A stretch of 64,000 nt of DNA from Camelus ferus. Lineage: Eukaryota. The notes below the pieces were generated by a model that had not been told where the DNA came from, searched no databases, and worked only from the letters and a program-made list of their open reading frames with translations. This document shows, in pieces, positions 1 through 10,781 of this stretch. The stretch lies in contig NC_045697.1 in assembly GCF_009834535.1 (NCBI RefSeq), positions 116,190,001 to 116,254,000 on the forward strand. Reading direction: 5' to 3'. Every line of letters begins with the position of its first letter. The stretch's first letter is position 1. The translations under genes were made by a program, and so were the position numbers.

Positions 1-119
1 ACTTTTGTAAGAATGTTCTAACAAGGTGTGTGTGGGAGGTGCGGGTGGGAAGGAAAAATAAAGAATAAATAAATGTTATAACGAGACTTTAGTGTAAAAT
101 AAAATAAAAGTTTGGCCCC

Positions 120-540
120 ATCAGGAAGGAGGAAGCAGGACAACCATGGGATGAAAGAGCCAGAGGAAAACTTTGTAAGGATGGGAGACACTGGCAGAGT
201 CACTATGTGAGGGAAAGGGGACAGGACATGGGAGAGGAGTAACACCGTGGAAGGGGCAGCTCTTTCCCCAGGAGGAGGAGGAGGCACCGGAGGGAAGCGT
301 GGCCACAGGAAACCCGGGGAGTCTGAGAACCGAAGCAAAGTGGGGCAAGGCCGCTGGAGGAGGGGAGCATGGAGGGAGGCATAGAGGCGGGTCGCCCAGC
401 AGAGAAGTGAGGACCGGGGACAGCTGTTATGCACAGGAAATCAAAGTCCCCGAGCGAGAAGCCCACCAGGCAGAGTGGGTGCTGCAGTGGGGCCTGGGGG
501 CCACAGGTCGAAGGATGGAAACGAAAGGCCTGAGGAGGCT
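120..540 (-). mobile_element. Degraded LINE-2 fragment
   Basis: Purine-rich sequence resembling the reverse complement of the L2 3' region; boundaries approximate. Confidence 0.4.
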
Positions 541-1359
541 CAACAGACCTCAGTGTGGCTTTTTAAAATAAAGGAGCTACCTCCTGTCCTGCAGGGATGG
601 GAGATAAGCCCCTTAACCAAGTGCTATGGAAACTGTTCCAGAACCAAAGCATCCCGCCCCACACATGTGTGGGGAACGGGCTGCGGTTCAGCCGGACACG
701 TACTATAGTGTAGCTGCATGTGCGTGTGTGTGTGTGTGCACGCTCTAAAACCACAAGTCCAGTGGTTGAATTTCTGACCCAAAGGTTTCCAGCACTTTAA
801 ATGCAACTATAGATGAAACTGAAATGGTGAGGATGGCTGGCCATTTAAGAAAAAGTAAAGAGAAAGGACAGACCTGTTAACCTCATTGCTTAAATTCTTG
901 AAGAAAGAGCTCTCTGAATTAAAGTCCCTCTGGTTTGAAATGTCTATTATTCCACTTAGAACTTCCCAGCCAGCAACGCCCCTCCGCGAAGCAGACAACA
1001 AATGAAAGGCAGGCAGAGGTGCCTGGTGCTCTCCACGGTGTAAAATAAAGTTCAACTGATTTTATCTAACTCTCCAGTGTCAACAAATTCTAGGTTCTAC
1101 ATAGGCAATTCCAAACTCGAAAAAGTCAATTCTCTCAGAACCACATCTCTTCCTGGATCCCAATACAATTTAAAATGGCATTCTGTCATCCTGTGTAGGT
1201 TGAAACAGTAACACTGTGGGAGTTACAGTCACTGCCCTAACTCCTTTTAAAAAAAAAAAAAACGTTTCAAGCAGCTAGAAAAACTGGGAGAACAAAACAT
1301 AAATTACCAAAACAATGGATATGCACTGGCAGTGATGTGGGCAGCAGACATGTCTGTCC

Positions 1360-1500
1360 CTCAGCCTCACAGCTGCACGGAGGGGCGGGCGCTGTGACCA
1401 CTGCTTCCATTTTACAGGTGAGAAAAACGAGGTGCAGAGGTGGATCAAAGGAGAATTATATTCACCTGGTGCAACTGTTAAAATCACAGGCTTAGAAGTC
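1360..1500 (-). mobile_element. MIR SINE fragment
   Basis: ccattttacaggtgagaaaaacgaggtgcagagg resembles the MIR core (cccattttacagatgaggaaactgaggcacagag). Confidence 0.7.
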
Positions 1501-2374
1501 ACCAGCACACAACACAACAAGGAAAATGAATACTCATCTCTGGGCCGTAAAACCAAATTCTGAAGGTCTTTGATTTTCCGACTGCACTGCGTTCTCTGAG
1601 CTCCAGGGAGGACAGGAATAGACTGGCCATCTCCCCCAGGCGGTAACAACAACAGGTCCCCAGAGAGGGGTGGTGCTACTCCGCCATCACAGATTCATAC
1701 CCACCGCAAACACAAGCCGTGTCTGATTTTTCGGAAGTACACTCACACAGACTGCTAAGAGCAGAGACATGTCTGTTCAAGGATCACGGAGGAAGACTCT
1801 TCAATTAGCCTTCAACACAAGATTGGCCAAAGACTGGGAATCTGATTAAGTGAATCTATGATCCGTCTCTGGAAACTTCTGGTCTTACGAAACCACCATC
1901 TACGTGAAACGTAGACGTTTCACGGCTTACTGACATGGCCACCTAACTCTGATTAGTCACCAATGAGCAATTACTACAGTCAAGTCTAACTGCGGGCTGC
2001 AGCCTGATGCGTTCGATTTAGTATTAGCCAAGACATGTGAGCAATGCTGATGATGCAAAGCTCACATTCACTGCCTGACTTCTAAAAAAAAAAAAAAAAA
2101 AAAAGGAAGAAGAAAGCAGGTATATTTAAAACACTGCAATTGAACTTCCATTTACATGAATAATAAATGGTCGTTGTTAGGAAGCTGGGAAGATGCAGGA
2201 AGAACAGCTGAGGGGCTTCAGTTGCCACCAGCAGCCCTCGGGAAGGCCGGCCCCATGGGAGAGGCGGTCCTTACCCCGTCAGCACACAGCATCCTTTTTA
2301 ATGGCATGAAGGCGGCTGGGAAATGCTGGGGATTGGGTAACAGCAAGGGCTGCAGAACTACAACATCTGGGCCC

Positions 2375-2570
2375 AAACCCAGACCCCGCTTTGAGCAGAG
2401 AGACCCTGGGTCAGTTCCTCATCCTCTCCGAGCCTCAGTGCCTTCACCTGCAAAACGGGGTGATGGTAACATCTACCACCAAGACAGCCACAAGGGGTGA
2501 GGAGATCAAGGCACAGGAGGCACGGATTCGAGTATGGGACGGAGGGCGTGCTTGTTAAGTGCCTGCTGGT
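2375..2570 (+). mobile_element. MIR SINE
   Basis: ctgggtcagttcctcatcctctccgagcctcagtgccttcacctgcaaaacggggtgatggtaac resembles the MIR core. Confidence 0.75.
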
Positions 2571-3639
2571 ACCTCTTCACCACCACCCCAAACCATGATT
2601 CAGGGGGAAGGGACAAAATAATACAAAGCTGATGCCTGCTGGCACTCGACTGCTAAAGTAAATGTCTGCAATATTCTCCGGAGATTTCCCACCCTGCCAT
2701 CAGTACACCCATTCCACTGATGGCTTTTCATTGCTCCTAAAACAGAAGATTCCAAGTTATTTACATCTTCATTCCTTCAAGAATAAATACGTCAAATGCA
2801 TTTGGCCTTGGTTCTCTCATTACCAGTTATGTCTTGGTTATTTACAATTCTTCCACATTTGATGTATGTTTTCTAAGCCCCAGAAGATTACTTACAACCG
2901 CCTGCTAAACAGCCAAAGAATCATCCTAGCTCAGATCCACCCACGTCTTCTGCTAAAGTCCATCCTGACCCAGCCCCGTTCCTCCACCTCTGCCCAGTTG
3001 CAGCGTGGCAACCTCGGACTCCTGCAGAACCCCCCAGACCTCCCTGCCCATCCCCTCCACCTAACCCACACTCTGTGCTCCAGGAAGACCATCTTTTGAG
3101 GGACAAGGGGGGCTCGGAGGCATCTGATCCATCATTTTGCTCCTTGAAAATGGACCACCCAGCTACAGATTAAGAGACTTAAGATATCAACCAATGAACA
3201 AAGTGTGCCAAAAATGTTCTGAGGCAAGGAAATGGGAATACTTTCATGATATTAAAGAGTTACTAAGTTTGTGATAAGGCCTTTCTCTTTTACAGATAAG
3301 ACACCTAGTGTAGCAAGTCAGGGTGAAGGGAGGCATCTGGATTTCCCGCGCGGTAACCCGTCTGCTGGAGGCCGGGAGCTGGGTAAGAGGCGAGCCAGCA
3401 CCGGCCGTCCGCGGACAGTGCTGGCAGCGGGTGCATGGGGCAGGGAACTGTTAGTCAGCCGTCCCAATGCTGCCAACACCCGGAAACTTCCATAATCAAA
3501 TGTAATGCAAGAAGGAAGCTACTCATTTCCAGCTGCCTACAAGACTCGAGAATGACTTCTGAACGACACACTCACAAGCAAGTGTGACAGTCGCCTGCCC
3601 CCTTCCCCGGCCCACACACCACCCGCTGCTCATGCCAAA

Positions 3640-4010
3640 CCTGCCAGAACGTTCACAGCACCAGGCCAGGCCCCTTCACCTCCTGAGTCCCAGCACACGG
3701 TCCCTCCTGCCCGGGCGGTCTCTCTAGGCCCCCAGACACACTCTGAGCCCTGGTTCAAAGGGCCTCATCTCCGAGACCCTCCCCATCTTCCTGAAGCCCC
3801 CCTGCACTCACCCCTGACCCCAACCCCCAGTTATTCTGGTTCCTTAGCATTTCTTCTTCTTCTGGTTTTCCTTTTTTTTTTTTTTTCCCTATTTCTACCC
3901 CCACCACAAAGGATTAGAGCCTCCTTAAAGGCAGAAGCTGTTTTTTATTTTTTTCAATAAATATTCCCTATAATTTGCACGGAAAGCAGTAATTACTTAG
4001 TAAGTGCTTT
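3640..4010 (+). mobile_element. LINE-2 3' end fragment
   Basis: Degenerate L2 3' motifs (ggccccttcacct..., ggattagagcctccttaaaggcagaagctg). Confidence 0.45.
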
Positions 4011-4661
4011 GAAAACCAGGAAGGAAAGTCAACAGAACAACAGTCACTCACGGCAAACAGCAGTGACCACACAGAGGCCCAGCAGATCACAGCGCCCACG
4101 CCCTCAGCACACCAGCGCTCACCTGCTGAGCGCTCACTGCGTTCTTTAAAAAGTCAGCTGTCATTTTTTCAAGGCGTACGTTACACACCTTGAAAGAAAT
4201 AGCATCATCGTTTAAAGAAGAAACTACACCCAAAGAGACGCGGGCAGCTTATTTGCCTGTTTCTAAAAGAGAGACGAGCTGACACAGGACACTGACGCTA
4301 TCATTACGTCTCATCTGGCGTGGTCGTGAGAACATGTATTCTGTCCTGTTAGAAAGACTATGCACTATTTCTCATTCCACGATGATAAAAGTCAAAATGC
4401 CCCATCATGTGAAACAGCATCTCGGAACCACACATCAGGGAGACACAGGTACAGACGAGAACTTATCAGCCAAGGCCTGTAAACTCTCCCTTTGTGACGG
4501 CAAGCAGCCGAGATGCTTCCCAGCCCTGAATTAGGAAATAAACGTTAATGCAGAATTAAGGCATTGCTGACGTGGCCAGCTGTTCCTAAAGCTTCTCTGT
4601 ACTTTGAGGAAATCATTTAGTTGCTGCACCACACAATGTACAAAAAGGAAGAAGCACCTAC

Positions 4662-4718
4662 TAGTACAAAACTTCATTTGCTTCGTGTCTTTCGTATCTC
4701 ACAGTTTCACACATCAAT
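4662..4718 (-). CDS. RAPGEF2: RAPGEF2 long-isoform coding exon 3 (57 nt, phase 2 to 2): (R)LMCETVRYERHEANEVLY(Y)
   Basis: Minus strand reads gtctattttttgttttacag|ATTGATGTGTGAAACTGTGAGATACGAAAGACACGAAGCAAATGAAGTTTTGTACTA|gtaggt. It joins the 71-nt exon in frame (AG+A = Arg) and continues the RAPGEF2 N-terminal cNMP-binding-like segment. Confidence 0.96.
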
Positions 4719-5559
4719 CTGTAAAACAAAAAATAGACATGAGGTCAACATCTGTCATGAAAAAACAGACAAACAGTTTACGAGTGTAAATGAGACATGC
4801 CGTAGAAAGTGAAGATAAACTTATATGAATAGTCACAATCATTTATTAGCCTCAAGACAAGTATTTCTGGTGCCTCAGTTAACAAAATAAAATAAAATCT
4901 GGTAAATTTTATGCTAACAAAGAAACATTTTGTTGGATGTCAACTTCACCATGTTTATTTTATAGGGAACAAAATTGTATGTGTTTTATATTTTGTAAAT
5001 GACATGTGGAAAAATTAATGTTCTCCAAGGTAAACAGAAAATGAGAAGGAACCTAAAAATTAGAAAGGAAAACCTATTCATTTAAAAAGTGGTAACGTCA
5101 TTCGCAGGTCAACACTGATGTGACTTAACAGCATGGAATTTCAGACAAAAGTAGGCTTGTATTAAAGGCAGCACTGGTATGGCTGACGACCAAACGGAGG
5201 CATTCCAACTTAAAGATGTCATTTCAGCTGATTCACCCCTGAGGGAAAAAATCATGAAAGTTACGGAAAACATGAATGAATGTTTAAATATTTAAAATTA
5301 TCTCAAAAACAGCATCTTCCAAAAGCATCCAATTATAAGCCCAAGTAAAATTTCCCAAAAGCACAGACACGCCAAAGAGGAAATAACCCTTCCTTCTCAT
5401 GGAGGCACTAGTAAATGGAAGAGGCGGCTGCAGAAGTGGTGGTTTCAACAGCACCTCCATCCTGGTCAGCGGGGCTCCAGCCCCCGGCCTGTGACACACT
5501 GCTATCAACACGGCCACCTTCCCTCTGTCTGCAAAATCCAACGCGTGCCACACACTGTT

Positions 5560-7110
5560 GCCTCTTCACTTGAAGACAACACTCTGGCCCTGCTCTTCTC
5601 ATCCCACCTTAGAGACCCCCCTTATCCTCTCAGTCCCGTCCTGGACACATACCACCTGAATGTCACTAACTCCAGAAGGCAGCAGCAAACCTTAAATCCA
5701 CATCATCTAGCTTTCTTTCACGGACCGAATCATACTCATTCTTCACAAGAGAGGATGACAGACACAAGTAATGGGTCGAAAAGTCCTGGGTCTTAAATCA
5801 TGTAGCAGGCTCTGCCTCTTCCCTGGATCTCGTTCCTTCTGCGGTGGACCCTGTGCTCCTGCGAGCACACTGCTCCCCACCAGCCACTTCTCCCTCCCCC
5901 CGTATCTCCGCCTGTAACACAGAAACACACCTTGGAATCACCAATTGTCGAGAGGAGGGACACTCCTGACCCTACGTCCCCTCCAGCTACTGCCCACATT
6001 CTGCTTTTCCCGGGACAGAAGCTCACCCTTCACAGAGGTCTACATACTCTGTCTCCACTCTCTCACCCTCCTCCTACTCCTCCATCATTTGGGCCTTGAA
6101 ACTCAAAGAAAAATCTCTAAAAGTTACCAGCGTCCTGTTACCTAAATCTTTTCTGATCTTGTATTAATACCACGTCTCAGCAGCATTCGATGACTTCCTT
6201 TTCCTTAGAGCATCACCTTCTCTAAGTCTCCTGGTTTCTAAAGATTACCCGTCTCCAGGGACCATCAGCCCTCTTCCCCTCGGCACCCCATGACCTCACT
6301 CAGTCTGTGGTTTTACATTTAATGCATAAACTGATGTCTGCCGAGGCAACGCCCCACCCCTAACCTCTCACCGTGACACCCACTCATCTCAACAACTACT
6401 CCTGGCCGTGTAATAGCCAATTCATGTTCAAACGTCCAAGACAGACCTTGAGCTTCTTCCCCAATGATCTGCTTTCCCACAATCAGAATCCAATTGTTTA
6501 GACCAGAAACCAACTTGGAGTCAAGTCCCTAACTCCTGCTTTCGTCACATCTCACCCTCCGGCCACTCCTGTTTCCCAAATGCATCCTCCCGACTGACCA
6601 AGTGCACCATCTGCCCGTGAAAACCAGCCTGAGTCAGCGACAACTCGCGACAACTCACGACCACCTCTCACCCGGACCATGCACGCAGACACGGAGTCAC
6701 AGCATCACACCCCTCTACTCTGAATCCCCACTGCCTGCAGTAGGAAATCCCAACTCCCCGTCCTGGACCGCAGAGTCCCGCACTGCCGGCTGCACACAGC
6801 ATCCTACGCTCGCTCGACCGCGCCGAGCCCGTTCCCACTGCAGAGCCTCCGGGACCCATCGGTGCTGCGAAGACCTTTGCCCAGCTATGCCACTCAGACG
6901 GTACCTCCTTTCGACCACAGAGTCGAAGCAGCCCAGCGCCCAGTCTTCCGCTGCCCAGCACGCCAACACACGAGCACAACGACACGGCCTGTCCACCTAG
7001 GTCTCGCCCGCCCACAAGGAACCAGCTCCGGGGTGGCGGGCGGCCCCTCTCCCTGCTGCGTCTAGCGGACCGCGGGCATGCCACCAGAACGGGCGACCCC
7101 ACCAGTGCCT
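5560..7110 (+). mobile_element. Long degraded LINE-2 whose 3' end is strongly CpG/GC-shifted
   Basis: Pyrimidine-rich L2-like motifs (cctggacacataccacctg; ccacgtctcagcagcattcga; gtttagaccagaaaccaacttggagtca; gtctcgcccgcccacaaggaaccagctccggggtggcggg resembling gtctccccccactagaatgtaagctccatgagggcaggg). Confidence 0.6.
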
Positions 7111-7271
7111 CTCACCAGTGCCGTCAGAAAAGCGTGAAGTCGTCCACATGACGAGGCTCCAAATAAACAGAAAGTACCAAAACGCCTTTTTGTCTTTCAA
7201 CATTGTTAGGGAACGTTTTATCAAAAGCCTATTGATGTTCCCTGAATTCCTAGAGTATATTCATCATGATC

Positions 7272-7326
7272 GTGTGTGTGGGCGCGCGCGCGCGCGCGTG
7301 TGTGTGTGCGTGTGTGTGTGTGTGTG
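7272..7326. repeat. Compound (GT)n-(CG)8-(TG)n microsatellite
   Basis: Read directly; uninterrupted purine/pyrimidine alternation from 7282 to 7326. Confidence 0.95.
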
Positions 7327-9501
7327 AACATCTGTGAGAGACGGAGTCCAGCCGCTTCTTGTTTCCAGCTCTGAATGGCCCCAAGCAGCTCCTCTGCTCG
7401 GCATAGTTTTGGCTTCCACTCCTAACTGGGGTGTTCTCCTCCCCTCTGGTAAATATGCTGCTTCTAATTCACGTGGATTAAGGGAGTAAACATTACAAAA
7501 ATAATGCTGTATGGAAAAAAAAATAGTTTTTAAGTGAAGATCTGAACATCTTTACAAGGCACAGAGTGTGTGCTCTCAACAGCCACACGGCCGACTGACG
7601 GCACATCAGAAACTGCTCAGGATCAGTGCACGGCTTGCACGTGGGGGGCCCCACAGGGCACGGAGCAGGGCTTTCAAAGAAAAAAGCCGTCCCCTCTGCC
7701 AAGAAGACCACTGTGCCACTGCCCAGCACTGAATAAACAGACTTTGAAAGTCTAGATTCGGAGCTGCTTTTTTTTTCTAAAATTAGAAAACTGCATTATG
7801 TGGAAGTCTTAACTGCTCTCCATTAATCCCAAGGGTAAAACTTCTATTTATAAAATCCAAGGAAAATAACTCATCTAAATAAAATGTATTTTTTCCCAGA
7901 AATGGTAGTTATGACAAAGCATTCACCCAAGTCACTGAATTTATCTGCACTTCCTTTCTTGCTATGATTCGCTTTGATACCCTGATCTTCTCCTAAAAAA
8001 GGACTTACATTACTTTCGGCTGATGTTTTCCATAAATATGAGACAGAAATGACTTTTCAACACAAGCCAAATAAACGTCCCACAGGAGCCTCCCTGTAAG
8101 CTCACGCCCACAACGTTGAAGCGTCTCCAGAACACACTTCTGAAGGTGTGGACACACTAACCTACACTGTGGAAGTAATCAATTATTTCTAACCAAAATT
8201 AACCTTTGAAACAGCAGAAAAGTGATGGTTCTAAGGCTGGCTGGTGGGCATACGAGACTTCAGTGTATTATCTCTACCTCTGTAATCTTGAAAATTTGCA
8301 TAAGATGCATTAAAGTTTTCCTTTTTCTCTTGCGTAGAATTACTATTACCTAAATAGTTTTATAGCCACATATACTATAGACACATTATATAATCAATAC
8401 ACTTAAATTTTGTGCACATGGCAATGACACACATTTGCATATTAATAAATCTGCATTTGCAGATTAACCTCGTTCAGTTAGACAGACAATTGGTGGCACA
8501 ATTTTTTCTTAAGACAGCTGTCATCAAAAACATAAAATGAAAGACACTTTGAAAATTATTGTTGCTTTAATTTGAGCCATCTTCTAAATTCCCAATGGTG
8601 TTGCCCTTTCTAATAAAACTTGCCTGAATTTTTAAACACTTAACCCACAATCTACTTTAATCTAAATTAGTTTCATTAAAAATTTAATCTTAGGAGCATT
8701 TAATCCTCTTGACACTTCGTCACTTAACAACTAACAGGAAACTGACATGCTCACAAATTAATTAGTGTTTAAACAGTAAAGGGGAAATACACAGAAAAAG
8801 CACCCCTTTCATAATTAGAGCCTGCTGCTATTAAAACTAGCAGGAGCTGGAGGAAATCAACCCTTCCCATGACGTCCTAGTTGGTCTTTATACGTAAATC
8901 CATCTTCCCAAGGTCCTTTATTTTCTGTTCCAGTTAGGGTAAAATCACTGCATTATATAAGATGTTTTTGATTTTTTTAATTTAACCCCAGATAACCATA
9001 AACAAGGCTGCTGTACCACCGCAGAGTAGAAGTGATGAGATTTTTATGTGTGGACTGTAAAAAAACAACTGTGGTGTAAACTGTGTTTCCCAGAAAAGGG
9101 CAGTCAGCCTCACACAATGAACATACTGCACACAGAGATCTAAAACACACCACACTAGTGAGCTGGATCATTCTTTGAAGAGTTAGGAACATTCTGGTTT
9201 CTTAAGTATCTGCGCACTAAGAAGTAGATTTGTATTTGCCAGGACGGCAAATAATGCTCCATTTTTTGGTATATTCACCAAGTGGTGTTCCTCACTTTAG
9301 GTGGGGAGGGCGAGGGGGAGGGCCAGGGGAGGGGAGAGGTTATCACTATGGCAGAAATGTCAAAAAGTTCTGTGGGTACACCTTATAGGGCCAAGTATGG
9401 ACACTGGATGAGTCAGTGTTTTCATAACTTATCTTTAATCCTACTTCTAAATGACAATAAATGATCATATAAAATTCTAGCATCCTGTTACTGTTCATCT
9501 T

Positions 9502-9849
9502 TTTTTTTAAATTGAGTTATAGTCAGTTTACAATGTTATATCAATTTCTGGTGTACAGCACGTTTCAGTCATACATCAATATACATATATTTGTTCTCAT
9601 ATTCTTTTTCACCATAAGCTACTACAATAGCTTGACTGTATTTCCCTGTGCTATACAGTGTAAACTTGTTTATCTATTCTATATATACCTGTCAGGATCT
9701 AAGAATCTCGAACTCCCAGTCTGTCCTTACCCACCCCTCTCCCCCCGGCAACCACAAGTCTGTATTCTATGTCTATGAGTCTGTTTCTGTAATTTTATAT
9801 TTAAGTTCATTTGCCTTCTTTTATTTTTTCCTTTGATCCCACATATGAG
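9502..9849 (-). mobile_element. 5'-truncated lineage-specific L1 3' end (about 350 bp), sense to the gene, with 10-bp TSD
   Basis: Poly-T start on +, L1 3'UTR similar to the element at 58.6-59.5 kb; TSD tgttcatctt at 9492-9501 and 9850-9859. Confidence 0.9.
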
Positions 9850-9871
9850 TGTTCATCTTACAGTGGCTCAC

Positions 9872-9942
9872 CTCAGCTGATGCTCCCGCAGGTTCGATAA
9901 GGCTTCCATACCATGCAAGTAGGAATACACTATTTCCAGATC
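9872..9942 (-). CDS. RAPGEF2: RAPGEF2 long-isoform coding exon 2 (71 nt, phase 0 to 2): DLEIVYSYLHGMEALSNLREHQL(R)
   Basis: Minus strand reads ttctgtccttttttcaaacag|GATCTGGAAATAGTGTATTCCTACTTGCATGGTATGGAAGCCTTATCGAACCTGCGGGAGCATCAGCTGAG|gtgagc, with canonical splice sites. The peptide matches the recalled RAPGEF2 long N-terminus (...PERTPQ-DLEIVYSYLHGMEALSNLREHQLR) and differs from paralogue RAPGEF6 (DLNTIYSYLHGMEILSNL). Confidence 0.96.
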
Positions 9943-10584
9943 CTGTTTGAAAAAAGGACAGAAATAATTAGACTTGTCAGGAAAAGAGACTTCTAAAATA
10001 AGTCATTATACTTACAGACCAAATTAAAGGTAGCTTTCTTTAAATACAAGTGGTCTTAGACATTAAAAAGAAAAAACATTAAGGGAAACGCTGAACTGTA
10101 CAAACATCCATCAGCTACAACTGCCTTTGGGACACACACAAAAGATATTAAAATATGAAATAAATGGGCTCAAACTTATGAAAATAAATTCCTCATAAGT
10201 TGTTATCACCTATTTTCTGCCTTTAACATCAAAATGTCACATGTAAAGTTTAACTTTTAAAGTATAAATATTTGCCAATTCCATCATTAAATTATTTCCT
10301 TAGTCAAGATAAAAATTAATCCATGCTATCTCATGAACTCTTAAACATGAGCATGAATTCACTTTTTTTTTTCAATTTTCACCAAATGACATTTCTCATA
10401 TGTGGAAATATTCAAATTTAAATACCCTCTTTTAAAAATGAGAGACAGGCCTTGTGTTTCTAGATCACATTGCAACGCATAGGAAAAAGACTCAAAGCTA
10501 TGCGTGAAAGTTTAGAACAGGTTAAAAACTCCCAGTCCTGTTTACACTCATTTATACGACAAGCCAGCAAGGAATCGGTATTTT

Positions 10585-10635
10585 TTTAAATTAAGGTATA
10601 GCTGAGGTACAATAGTATATAAATGTCAGGTGTGC
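10585..10635 (-). mobile_element. Extremely 5'-truncated L1 tail (about 50 bp) with 15-bp TSD
   Basis: tttaaattaaggtatagctgaggtacaatagtatataaatgtcaggtgtgc resembles an L1 3' terminus; flanked by aggaatcggtatttt (10570-10584) and aggaattcgtatttt (10636-10650). Confidence 0.75.
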
Positions 10636-10781
10636 AGGAATTCGTATTTTAAGGCTCCAATAAATGAATATCTAGCAACCTGTGACATCAAGAATTTGAG
10701 TAGATATCTACTCCTCCCCCAAATCTTAAGCAAAGTCGAAAACAAACATATTTTACGAAATTTGTAAAATTATCCTCCTCC

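Larger units (their letters stand above)
1..4661 (-). other. RAPGEF2: RAPGEF2 intron 3 (5' part); exon 4 not seen in the window
   Basis: Starts at donor GT 4661-4660; no PDDIGTCWYILLSG-coding sequence was seen. Confidence 0.8.
4719..9871 (-). other. RAPGEF2: RAPGEF2 intron 2 (5,153 nt, GT-AG)
   Basis: Bounded by donor GT (9871-9870) and acceptor AG (4720-4719) of the two in-frame exons. Confidence 0.9.
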
